Numbered from the stretch's first letter, positions 7,951 to 16,642 are shown. The stretch: 20,000 nucleotides of DNA from an uncultured virus (IMG/VR IMGVR_UViG_2684623188_000002) (IMGVR_UViG_2684623188_000002); one strand, 5' to 3'. Notes: generated by a model from the letters alone, not told the origin. A program made the numbers and translations.

Positions 7951-8940
7951 ATGACCGATACAGACACCCAAGCACAAACCGGCCTTGCCACGTATCACGA
8001 TCCATCGCACAACGCGGCAGCGCTCATTCTCGATCCAGGCACCATGAAGTCGATGAGCGACCTCGCGCTGATGATGTCGAAAGGCGTGACAACAGTCCCC
8101 AAGCATCTGAAGGGGAATCAAGCTGACTGCATGGCGGTAGTGCTACAAGCAATGCAGTGGCAGATGAACCCATTCGCTGTTGCGCAGAAGACGTTCATCG
8201 TTAACGGCGGAGCACTGAGCTATGAGGCGCAGCTCGTCAATGCAGTAATCACCGCCAAGGCACCAGTCAAAGGTCGCTTGAATTTCGAGTGGTTCGGCAC
8301 CTGGGAAAACGTCATCGGGAAGATGCGAGAAGTCACTAGCAAGACCAAGAAGGACGAGGATACTGGCGAGCCCAAAAAGTACCGGGTTCCAGACTGGAGC
8401 TTTGACGACGAGAAAGGTCTCGGGATCAAAGTCTGGGCAACCTTCAAAGGCGAAGACGAGCCACGCATTCTGGAACTTCTGCTCACTCAGGTCCGCACGC
8501 GGAACTCTACGCTTTGGGCGGAAGATCCCAAGCAGCAGATTGCCTACTTGGTGACCAAAAAATGGGCGCGACTCTTCTGCCCTGATGTGATCCTTGGCGT
8601 CTATACGCCCGATGAATTCGAAGACTCGTACGGCGGCGAAATCGATATCACCCCAGCTAAGCAGGCTTCAAACATCGCTGCTGCTACTGGTGTGTCGTTC
8701 GGCCCGAAATCCCCGTCACCGGAAATCGATGGGGTATTCGCAGACCTTTTGGTCGTCGCAAAGCGTCAGGACATCGAAGCCTATGCGACAGCCTGGGCAG
8801 GTCTCAAGCCTAAGCAGCGCGCTGCGATCGGTCTGGAGTGCCACGAAGCGCTCAAGAACATGGCGGCGACCGTTGATGTCGACTTTACCGATATGCCCCG
8901 CACCAACGACGACCTGAATCAGGCCGAGGAAGCGGCATAG
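7951..8940 (+). CDS. recT: RecT-family single-strand annealing recombinase
   Basis: PKHLKGNQADCMAVVLQAMQWQMNPFAVAQKT...SYEAQLVNAVI and WAEDPKQQIAY...WARLFCPDVILGVYTPDE motifs; adjacent exonuclease; GGAGAG RBS before ATG 7951. Confidence 0.9.
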   Translation: MTDTDTQAQTGLATYHDPSHNAAALILDPGTMKSMSDLALMMSKGVTTVPKHLKGNQADCMAVVLQAMQWQMNPFAVAQKTFIVNGGALSYEAQLVNAVITAKAPVKGRLNFEWFGTWENVIGKMREVTSKTKKDEDTGEPKKYRVPDWSFDDEKGLGIKVWATFKGEDEPRILELLLTQVRTRNSTLWAEDPKQQIAYLVTKKWARLFCPDVILGVYTPDEFEDSYGGEIDITPAKQASNIAAATGVSFGPKSPSPEIDGVFADLLVVAKRQDIEAYATAWAGLKPKQRAAIGLECHEALKNMAATVDVDFTDMPRTNDDLNQAEEAA

Positions 8941-9602
8941 TGAGAACAGAACTTCAGGGCACTGAAAAGTGGCATGCAGACCGATCTGGTCGCGTGACAG
9001 CCAGCCGGTTTAAAGATGTGATTGCCTGGGGGAAGCCTGACAAAAATGGGAAACGTGAGCCTATGGGCGCGCGGACCTCATACATGCGGGAGCTGTGCTT
9101 CGAGCGACTGGCAAAGAAATCAAAGCACAACGTCAGCAGCGCTTCCATAAAGTGGGGTCACACCGAAGAACAGAAGGCTCAAGACGCCTACGAGATGTTG
9201 ACCGGCAACATCGTCATGCCGTCAGAGTTCATCGTCCACCCGAAGTACGACTGGCTCGGCTGCTCGCCAGACGGCCTGATCAACGATGACGGGGGAACCG
9301 AATCGAAATGCCCTTTCAACGAGGCAATACACGTCAAGACATGGCTCGAAGGTATGCCTGAGGAACACATGCCGCAGGTTCAGGGCTGCATGTTCGTTAC
9401 GGGACGGAAATGGTGGGACTTTCTGTCGTTCGATTCTCGCCAAGATGAAGAGTGTCAGCTCTACATCGAGACGATTCACCGCGACGAAGACTACATCGCC
9501 AACCTGCACAAAGAGCTGGTCCAGTTCAACCTGGAACTGAATCGCATGGTTGATGAAGTCGCAGACAAAGCTCGCGCGCAAGCCTATCGGCTAGGTGCCT
9601 GA
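8940..9602 (+). CDS. YqaJ/lambda-exonuclease family protein
   Basis: QGTEKWHADRSGRVTAS, WGHTEE, GCSPDGL, ESKCP, QVQGCM motifs (PD-(D/E)XK). Confidence 0.95.
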   Translation: MRTELQGTEKWHADRSGRVTASRFKDVIAWGKPDKNGKREPMGARTSYMRELCFERLAKKSKHNVSSASIKWGHTEEQKAQDAYEMLTGNIVMPSEFIVHPKYDWLGCSPDGLINDDGGTESKCPFNEAIHVKTWLEGMPEEHMPQVQGCMFVTGRKWWDFLSFDSRQDEECQLYIETIHRDEDYIANLHKELVQFNLELNRMVDEVADKARAQAYRLGA

Positions 9603-9604
9603 TC

Positions 9605-9793
9605 GTGAGGCGCTTCCGCACACAACAACGCAAACGACAAACCTGGCTGGCGCTACCGGCTAGTGGCATAGAAGAGGTTGACCATGGCAATGGATGGAAA
9701 GGCGCGTTCAGCCAAGGCGGCGCAGAAGCGGATCGAGTACGACGAGAAAGAGTTGCGGCACCGGCTCAGGCTTGGCACCCGACAGAAGCTTGA
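9605..9793 (+). CDS. Small basic hypothetical protein
   Basis: GTG start 2 nt after the exonuclease stop; its 3' half overlaps the next gene, so the extent is doubtful. Confidence 0.35.
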   Translation: MRRFRTQQRKRQTWLALPASGIEEVDHGNGWKGAFSQGGAEADRVRRERVAAPAQAWHPTEA

Positions 9794-10010
9794 CGAGCTG
9801 ATGGCTTGGAACAGTATCGATGAGATAAGTGAGGCGGTGCAGAACCTGATCCTGAACGCTCATGCGCTCGGACCTACCCTGTCATACCAGGCGATAGAAA
9901 GTCCGCGACACGAAATCGTTTTTAGCGAAAACGTTTCGCGTACTTTTTTGAATGAAAGCCTGCGCGAATTACGCAAAGACCCGGGCGACGAGGACTTCCC
10001 TCCGAACTGA
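9684..10010 (+). CDS. Phage hypothetical protein (possible DNA-binding)
   Basis: GAGG RBS before ATG 9684; basic N-terminus. Confidence 0.75.
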   Translation: MAMDGKARSAKAAQKRIEYDEKELRHRLRLGTRQKLDELMAWNSIDEISEAVQNLILNAHALGPTLSYQAIESPRHEIVFSENVSRTFLNESLRELRKDPGDEDFPPN

Positions 10011-10047
10011 TGTCATACCTCATACTGATGAGCTGTATAGCCCGCCT

Positions 10048-10629
10048 TTACTTAACCGGTGGGGCAGGTGAAGGTTCTGATGGCAGTTTGTATACATACC
10101 TGGGGTAGTAAAGACATTCCGCTTTGGCAGCAATCGCGGCCTCATACCTGACCTTGGGACCGTTTGGCTCTATCATAGCCACGATCATTTTTTCCTTAAC
10201 GCTCGCGCTAATACTGTTCATAACTTGAGCATCAGCTGCTCCACTAAATCCCGCTTCATCAATGGTTCTCGTGGCCATGTTAGCTGCACCGCCCATCCCG
10301 CTGAAGGCCGCGATCCATGGCGCATTAGCTGCTGCATTTGCACTAATCAGAGCTGGAGCCACCACGGCGCCAGCTACGAGTCCACCAAGAGATATCCATA
10401 AGTTTTTTTTCGATCTTTTCTCGGCTAGGGTGCTTCTTGAACCTATTACCTCACTGCATACCAAGTTCGCATCGTCAATTGCAGCCTGAATGACTGGCTC
10501 TGCAATCGCATTATCCGCTCGACCTGTTTGAGTTTGCGAAAGGGCTAATAACTGTTTTTCGCTAAGTGGCGACGTACCGCATCCAGCGAAAACAAAGAAA
10601 GCAAGCGCGAGAATAATTTTTTTAATCAT
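10048..10629 (-). CDS. Putative lipoprotein with internal hydrophobic hairpin (moron)
   Basis: MIKKIILALAFFVFAG-C lipobox; Gly/Ala-rich hydrophobic segments. Confidence 0.85.
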   Translation of the reverse strand: MIKKIILALAFFVFAGCGTSPLSEKQLLALSQTQTGRADNAIAEPVIQAAIDDANLVCSEVIGSRSTLAEKRSKKNLWISLGGLVAGAVVAPALISANAAANAPWIAAFSGMGGAANMATRTIDEAGFSGAADAQVMNSISASVKEKMIVAMIEPNGPKVRYEAAIAAKAECLYYPRYVYKLPSEPSPAPPVK

Positions 10630-10768
10630 GCGTCGAGTCCATTCGCTGAGATTGAACAGAGTCTGTTCAAATACAGTGATAGCACAACGAAATTAAATTG
10701 CCATAACACAGCATATTTTTTGTGCTTCGTCGCAAGCCAACTGCGCACAGATAACACTCAGACTCTTT

Positions 10769-10796
10769 TCGCATCCGGTCACGGCGGGCGGCGCCT
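10769..10796 (+). repeat. 28-bp direct repeat, copy 1
   Basis: TCGCATCCGGTCACGGCGGGCGGCGCCT. Confidence 0.9.
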
Positions 10797-10800
10797 ACGA

Positions 10801-11118
10801 TCACGACCCTACGTGCGAAAGCTCTTCGTCAATGATTCGCTCAGCACTCTTCGCAGCTGTTGTCGCAAACTCGTAACAGATCCAGAAGTCCTGCTCCGTT
10901 ACGGATGCAAATCCCTGCAAGTTCTCCAGGCAGCGCGCTAATGCATGCTTTATCAGGCCATTATTTAGAGCATTGCGGGCTGCCTCTTCACCTTCAACCG
11001 CTCGAATGGCAGCTTCGATTTCTTCGATCTGCTTAATCTTTGCCACCAGCGCGACTTTGGCGAACTCATCTCGCTCGATGATTTTGGTCCAAGAGTGATC
11101 AACTATCAGCGTTTTCAT
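10801..11118 (-). CDS. Hypothetical protein (moron between direct repeats)
   Basis: 105-aa ORF with GGGA RBS, helical composition. Confidence 0.75.
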   Translation of the reverse strand: MKTLIVDHSWTKIIERDEFAKVALVAKIKQIEEIEAAIRAVEGEEAARNALNNGLIKHALARCLENLQGFASVTEQDFWICYEFATTAAKSAERIIDEELSHVGS

Positions 11119-11187
11119 TAGTAGTTTCCCGTCTTCATGGCTTATGCCGGGTCATCAACCAATAGCCTACAAATTCACATCTCGCCA

Positions 11188-11215
11188 TCGCATCCGGTCA
11201 CGGAGGGCGGCGCCT
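11188..11215 (+). repeat. 28-bp direct repeat, copy 2
   Basis: TCGCATCCGGTCACGGAGGGCGGCGCCT (1 mismatch to copy 1). Confidence 0.9.
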
Positions 11216-11229
11216 GACTGGAGATAATC

Positions 11230-11634
11230 ATGAACTACAACTGCGCATACGTCCGGCAGCACTATCAGGTGCCCGCTGAAGTCGGCCGCCGTGTCATCGC
11301 CTACGGAAAACCCGGCGTCATCCTCGCTGATCGCGGCCACTACATCGGCGTAGTCCTGGATGACGATCCGAAGAAGCGCATCCGGAACTACCACCCAACC
11401 CACGAAATGCAGTACGGCGAAATGGCCGAGACTCTGCCGCTCAAGGAGTGGAAAGTCATCCCTCCATGGGTCGATTGGTTCGATGTTGAGCATTACATCG
11501 GCGACGCCCGCAACTGGGTGAAGACAGTCTGGGCAGCCACGCGCAGTCAAGCCAAGTACAAGGCTTACGAAGACCTGCAAGACAATTGCTATAGCTCGAA
11601 GGCCATGTGCTACTTCAAAGCCAGGCGCGCCTGA
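11230..11634 (+). CDS. Phage hypothetical protein
   Basis: GGAGA RBS; 134 aa. Confidence 0.85.
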   Translation: MNYNCAYVRQHYQVPAEVGRRVIAYGKPGVILADRGHYIGVVLDDDPKKRIRNYHPTHEMQYGEMAETLPLKEWKVIPPWVDWFDVEHYIGDARNWVKTVWAATRSQAKYKAYEDLQDNCYSSKAMCYFKARRA

Positions 11635-11648
11635 CCCACCCTCACCTA

Positions 11649-11831
11649 TTACGCTGAATGATCTGTAAATAGGTCAATCGACTGCCTGTAGGTGGCAAGC
11701 TCAATTATCTCCCGCAAGCCAATAACGACCTCAAGCTTCTGCTTGTCGTCAGGAATTCCTATTCGCTTCAGCATCGCTCGGGCGTCTTCCTCGATCGCCG
11801 CGAGTGCATCGATATCGCTTTGCAATCTCAT
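11649..11831 (-). CDS. Small hypothetical protein (moron)
   Basis: 60 aa, GGGAGA RBS, upstream shared promoter-like motif. Confidence 0.65.
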   Translation of the reverse strand: MRLQSDIDALAAIEEDARAMLKRIGIPDDKQKLEVVIGLREIIELATYRQSIDLFTDHSA

Positions 11832-11910
11832 GTCAGTCTCCCGTCAGGCTGCATTGAACATAAACCAATAGCCCACCTCAACGAATCACGCCAGCCGGCG
11901 AGGATCCCCT

Positions 11911-12768
11911 ATGTCTCCCTACAAATTGTCCGGGACGACGGTCGTCAGCTTTTCCGGTGGCCGAACCAGTGCCTTTATGTTGCGCCAGGTGCTGGATAAC
12001 AACGAAGACCAGAGCGATCTGGTCGTCACCTTCGCCAACACCGGTAAGGAACACCCCGCCACGCTCGAGTTTGTCCGGGAGTGTGCCGAGCGCTGGGCTG
12101 TGCCGATTGTATGGCTTGAATTCCGGGACAATGAAGCCGGATTTGAGGTCGTTGACTTTGCCAGCGCCAGCCGCCAAGGCCAGCCGTTCGAGGCGCTGAT
12201 TCGAAAACGGAAGTACCTGCCCAACCCGGTAACCAGGTTTTGCACCATCGATCTCAAAATCAGGATCATTCACAAATACCTGCGCAGCCGAGGTCTGTCG
12301 ACCGAACAAATGCCGGTGGACATGATGACCGGCATCCGCGCCGATGAGCCCCGTCGTGTGGTGAAGATCCGGAGCCGGAAGAGCACCAGCGAAAGCAAGT
12401 GGGCCACGATGGTGATGCCCCTGGCAGACGCGAGCGTCGGCGTGCAGGACGTGACGGACTTCTGGGCAAGCCAACCATTCGACCTAATGCTGCCGACGAT
12501 CAACGGCCGGACGCTAGAAGGTAACTGCGACCTGTGCTTCCTGAAAGGCGCCAAACAGGTCTATTCGATCATCGCCAGCGACCGCCCCAAAGGCTACTGG
12601 TGGGCCCGCATGGAAAGCTCGGTGGTATCCGGTGGAAAGTTCACCGGTGATGGCGCGAGGTTCCGCAGTGACCGCCCCAGCTATCAGCAAATGCTCGACT
12701 ACTCAGATACTCAATTCGACATGTTCGCGGAACACGATGAGGCAATTGTCTGCTTTTGTGGCGATTGA
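11911..12768 (+). CDS. PAPS reductase-family (PP-loop) protein
   Basis: VVSFSGGRTS PP-loop, FANTGKE, RFCT..LK, GIRADE, GNCDLCFLK and terminal CFCGD. Confidence 0.9.
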   Translation: MSPYKLSGTTVVSFSGGRTSAFMLRQVLDNNEDQSDLVVTFANTGKEHPATLEFVRECAERWAVPIVWLEFRDNEAGFEVVDFASASRQGQPFEALIRKRKYLPNPVTRFCTIDLKIRIIHKYLRSRGLSTEQMPVDMMTGIRADEPRRVVKIRSRKSTSESKWATMVMPLADASVGVQDVTDFWASQPFDLMLPTINGRTLEGNCDLCFLKGAKQVYSIIASDRPKGYWWARMESSVVSGGKFTGDGARFRSDRPSYQQMLDYSDTQFDMFAEHDEAIVCFCGD

Positions 12769-13961
12769 GCGTCTTTAAAGACAACCGATCTATGGTGTTT
12801 CAAATACTTTCTCTGCTCATTGTTAAAGCTTCCCGCACTGATATTAGGGTTCAAGCTCCAAGCTGAGACTACGGTCCTAGCAGTAAAAGCAACAAGGAGG
12901 TCACCATTATCCTGGAAAGATATCCAACCCCGATCGAACAACCTGTCGACGTGTGGTGCCAGCATCAGACCGTTATTCCCGTCCAAGCGCTCGGCGCTGC
13001 TGCAGTCCTTCCAAGGTTTAATATGGCTGGCAATAAGGAAGCTCTGATCATTAACCCCCGTGAGACGGCACTGAGGTTCGAGCGCCAAAACGCGCTGCCG
13101 AAACACGCCCTGTCCACGGCGAGAGCGAATCAGCTGCTCCTTCTCTGTTTCGGGAATATTCTCTGCGGTCTGAATGTCATTTTCGGCTACATCTGTCTCG
13201 ATCTGTTGCTCAAGGTCCTGAATGGCTTGAACTACATCAGGACTGCGCTGGCCGGCGATATCAAGGATCAGTCTGCCCAACTCAGAAGAAATGGCTGCCA
13301 GGTAGCAGCCTTGGTTGCCGTTACCGTTTACTTGTAGAGGAGAGCTCTTCTTCGGCAGCAGTGGCTGTATATGTTCAATATGGGCTTTAGGAGAAACCGG
13401 AAACGGTAGAGCTGCCCATTCGATCGGCACCAACCAACCGTTGTTAGCCCAGTTGGCGCCCGCCTGTCCAAACTCCTCAGGCTTCACTGTCTCTGAATAG
13501 TGTTGGGTTGCAACACCGATCGCTTTGATTTTCCCGTCGGCGTAGGACACAACAACATCGCAAGGCTGAACCAGGGTCAAGTTGTCATATGTCCTATTAC
13601 GCGCTCCATTTTTATTGGCCTTTGGCGACCAAATGTAGCCGCCTTCGAACTCTGACTTGAAGGTCTGCTTGTGATTGACCCACCAGAAACGCTGCGCTGG
13701 CTTTGTCGAACCATTTGAGGTGCGCTGAAAAACGACGACTTCATTCACCCGGTCAATTGCCTCGCACTCCCATCCCGCCGCAATCCATAGGTGAGCCCAC
13801 GAGTGACTGTCCTCTGTTCGTGAGTTCCCCCACCAAGCGTCATGGTTTCTTGCACTGGGTGGCAATCCATCGACTAAAATATCGATTTGCTCAAATGTCA
13901 GTTTAAGGGAGTCTTGGGGCTGGACTCTTAGAAAGTCTGCTAAGGGCGCGTATTTGCTCAC
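12711..13961 (-). CDS. HNH endonuclease with EVE/PUA-like middle domain (putative type IV, modification-dependent)
   Basis: RRGQGVFR..CRLTG..LIASHIKPW..NGLMLAPHVDRLFDRG HNH; FWWVNHKQT..GGYIWSPK domain; extra N-terminal KYAPL..LPPSA..WWGN domain; GGAGG RBS. Confidence 0.85.
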   Translation of the reverse strand: MSKYAPLADFLRVQPQDSLKLTFEQIDILVDGLPPSARNHDAWWGNSRTEDSHSWAHLWIAAGWECEAIDRVNEVVVFQRTSNGSTKPAQRFWWVNHKQTFKSEFEGGYIWSPKANKNGARNRTYDNLTLVQPCDVVVSYADGKIKAIGVATQHYSETVKPEEFGQAGANWANNGWLVPIEWAALPFPVSPKAHIEHIQPLLPKKSSPLQVNGNGNQGCYLAAISSELGRLILDIAGQRSPDVVQAIQDLEQQIETDVAENDIQTAENIPETEKEQLIRSRRGQGVFRQRVLALEPQCRLTGVNDQSFLIASHIKPWKDCSSAERLDGNNGLMLAPHVDRLFDRGWISFQDNGDLLVAFTARTVVSAWSLNPNISAGSFNNEQRKYLKHHRSVVFKDAQSPQKQTIASSCSANMSN

Positions 13962-14011
13962 TGCTCACCTCCATGTTTGAGGTTGGGAGCATATTGATAC
14001 CACTACCCGAC

Positions 14012-14102
14012 CGCAACAGCGTCAGTCCACCGCTGATGGCAGCGCTGGCCCGTGCAGCGATCCCCATGGCAGATGACTGAGCGGCAGGCGGCTGCATCTT
14101 AA
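14012..14102 (+). pseudogene. C-terminal remnant of a DNA cytosine-5 methyltransferase
   Basis: NSVSPPLMAALARA then, frameshifted, PWQMTERQAAAS*; resembles the motif X (GNSV.P) tail of phage Dcm proteins. Confidence 0.6.
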
Positions 14103-14297
14103 CTAACGCAGTTTTAAAGCCGATTTGATGGCTTTTTCAGCGATTTTTTTTGCCTGATCTTCAATGTCGCGTCGAGTCATAACCCTTTTGCACTTTGAGC
14201 ACTCGGCGCCCACAAGGTCATCAATACTCCTGACCGGCTTTTTGGTTTCAAACTGTTCAGATCCACAACGGCATTTGAAAGGGACATTTGCGCTCAT
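14103..14297 (-). CDS. Small Zn-ribbon protein
   Basis: CRCG...CSKC; GGAGG RBS before ATG 14297. Confidence 0.75.
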   Translation of the reverse strand: MSANVPFKCRCGSEQFETKKPVRSIDDLVGAECSKCKRVMTRRDIEDQAKKIAEKAIKSALKLR

Positions 14298-14404
14298 GAG
14301 GCCTCCGTTCTGACTTTTTGATTCCTGAAAGCAAACCATAGCTCACAGCCTCATGAACTGCTCTTCACACCGCCAAACGAATTATTCCCGCGCCCACAGA
14401 AAAC

Positions 14405-14638
14405 CTATAGGCCTCGTTCAGCAACCTTCTTGGCCCCCAGCTCCCGGCCCGCCACCTGCGCCAGCCCGCGGTCAGCGAAAGTCTGGTCACCGGCCACAAC
14501 CGGAATCACCACCTCATCAACGCGTTTCACCTCGACGTTGATCCGCCAGACCTCCTGGCCGCTCTCCAGTGTTTCGCACTCCATGTAGTTCCAGAGCCGA
14601 AATCCTTCGTGCTCGTCATAAATATCGTGCTTGGTCAT
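14405..14638 (-). CDS. Hypothetical protein (moron)
   Basis: MTKHDIYDEHEGFRLW..., GAGA RBS. Confidence 0.65.
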   Translation of the reverse strand: MTKHDIYDEHEGFRLWNYMECETLESGQEVWRINVEVKRVDEVVIPVVAGDQTFADRGLAQVAGRELGAKKVAERGL

Positions 14639-14692
14639 GTGGTGATCTCTTTGAGGTGACCGCATCGTAGCACCTCAAAAGGATTGGGCGGG

Positions 14693-14929
14693 TCAGCGTC
14701 CAAGTAACCTAGTAGCAAGATCAATACCGCACTTTCGTGCGTCGTCAAATGTAATCCAGGCGCCAAGCTCTTCGCCAATCCTCGTGTAGCGTCCACATTC
14801 ATTGAGCCAGACGATAATGACTCGTTGCGTCGAACTACCCGGCTCGCCCCAAATGAAGTCGATCGTTGCTTTCCTACCATTCGGATGAACGTAGTCCACG
14901 GGATGCGGCCTTTCGTTGACTAAGTCCAT
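14693..14929 (-). CDS. Hypothetical protein (moron)
   Basis: MDLVNERPHPVDY..., GGAGA RBS. Confidence 0.65.
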   Translation of the reverse strand: MDLVNERPHPVDYVHPNGRKATIDFIWGEPGSSTQRVIIVWLNECGRYTRIGEELGAWITFDDARKCGIDLATRLLGR

Positions 14930-15006
14930 GTTGGTCTCCGGCCTAGTGCAGATCATCAATTAATAGCCCACTTCTAACCCTCACGCTACATCAGCGAGGA
15001 GTCCCC

Positions 15007-15648
15007 ATGCCCACAGAAAACAAACCGGCCGAGCCGTTGAAGGTCGAGCGCTCGACAGTCACGAAGCTGGTGATCACAGGTGCGCTGCGGCTCGACCCGA
15101 TCACCGTATTCCTCGAGGACTTCGGGCGTCGCGACTGCCCAACCGAGTCCAATCCGAACTACCAGACCGCCCAGGGCAAGATCACGATCAACTGCTGGGA
15201 CAAGAGTTGGAACGCTTACTGGGGCGGAATGGGGCCGCGCACCGTCGCAGAGTTCGTCGCCGACTGCGGTTGGGACTACGTCCTGAACTGCTTGGATCGC
15301 AGTATCAGTTCCACTGTCTTCAGCGGTGACGCGCTGCACACCCTGGCGAAGAAGTGCATCGTCCAGCGCCGTCGGCAGCAGACCGGGCGCCACGACTGGG
15401 ATCTGGGCGAGCTGAGCAAAGGTGAAGCCTGCGAGCTTTGGCATGACATCGATGCTCTGCGCAGCATCGAGACGCCCAACGAGACATGACACCACGACAA
15501 GATCCTCACCGAGCTGTTCGGCGAGGAGTGGCACTACCCGGTAGGTGACAAAGCGGTCGAGGAGAACTATCAGCTCACCTATCTGCACCGCGCTGTCGAG
15601 GCGGTGCAACAGGCACTGCGCCAGGAGCGACAGCAGGTGGCCGCATGA
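15007..15648 (+). pseudogene. Phage hypothetical gene with in-frame premature TGA (15487-15489)
   Basis: The same frame continues HHDKILTELFGEEWHY...QQVAA* to 15648, ending in an ATGA overlap with the next start. Confidence 0.75.
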
Positions 15649-15690
15649 GGCGCATCTACCTCAGCGGGCCAATGAATGGCCTATCAGACG
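15645..15690 (+). pseudogene. N-terminal remnant of a DUF4406 (nucleoside deoxyribosyltransferase-like) gene
   Basis: MRRIYLSGPMNGL matches the family N-terminal IYhSGPM.G motif; sequence then switches to AT-rich foreign DNA. Confidence 0.65.
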
Positions 15691-15722
15691 ATACAAACCA
15701 CCCCGACTTATCAGCCTGTATA

Positions 15723-16508
15723 TCAATTGGTCTCAGATGGAAATATATGGTAAAAAAAATTATTCCCCGATGGAGTAATTAGTGTTTCAGGTCCATTGTA
15801 CTCTTGACTCATCCTTGCCTCCTCATATTGATATCCGTCGTGAAGCACTGAATAATCAGGTACAGAAACATCTAACCAAGGATCATTGAGTGGAGATGGT
15901 TTGACAAAATTTCCGTCACTATCAGATTTTACCCCTCCATAATCTTGGGTATAACGAGCCAACTCCATGGCTAACTCCTGGTTTTCTAGCATCATTGATC
16001 TAAGGCGCCCCATATCAACTATGATCTTTTCATGCGCACCTTTTAAACAAGCTTGAACATGACAACACATCGAAGATAGCGTTTCACTACTCCGAGGAAA
16101 TGAGACAATCTTATTAGACACCGTTATAGAGCAAGGAATGTTAAATTTTTCCTCTTCATGCCTCATAAAAAACGTTAGTATTTTTGGGAGCACCTCATGA
16201 AAATCGTCATGAGCAACAAGTTTATTTCTAACCAAAATCAGGTGATTATGCATACCCTCAGAATAGCCTTCTACTTTCTTTAGCTGCCTGCTCGGATAAG
16301 TAAATTTTGAACCATCAAAATCAGAAGTTAGAAAAGGTTTTGCATACCTAATCACCGACCAATAAAACAAAGAGGGAAGTATGACATGATCTTCTTCCCC
16401 CTCCAGCTTTAACATTCGATCAAGCCCCATCACCGACGCATTAAAGTTCTGAAAAGCTTTTATACCAAGCCGACAATCTCGCAGCACTCTTTCATACTCT
16501 TCTTTCAT
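15723..16508 (-). CDS. AT-rich moron protein with HEPN-like RxxxxxH motif
   Basis: 261 aa; SVIRYAKPF and LVRNKLVAH; visibly lower GC than flanks. Confidence 0.75.
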   Translation of the reverse strand: MKEEYERVLRDCRLGIKAFQNFNASVMGLDRMLKLEGEEDHVILPSLFYWSVIRYAKPFLTSDFDGSKFTYPSRQLKKVEGYSEGMHNHLILVRNKLVAHDDFHEVLPKILTFFMRHEEEKFNIPCSITVSNKIVSFPRSSETLSSMCCHVQACLKGAHEKIIVDMGRLRSMMLENQELAMELARYTQDYGGVKSDSDGNFVKPSPLNDPWLDVSVPDYSVLHDGYQYEEARMSQEYNGPETLITPSGNNFFYHIFPSETN

Positions 16509-16642
16509 AGATCGCGCTCTCCATTAGAAGCTTCAGCAATTATGCTCACACCGAATATATCAGGCTGAAGCAGCACTGCAACTAGACCACAGTAACTCCC
16601 TCCCCTTTCAAAGTCAGCCGCTATAGCGGCAAAGGAACAGTC

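Noticed and set aside
6662..8005. 447-aa minus-strand ORF
   Set aside because: Antisense shadow of the coiled-coil gene, caused by codon bias; no motifs
10025..10045. CTGATGAG hammerhead-like core
   Set aside because: Short stem is not followed by GAAA
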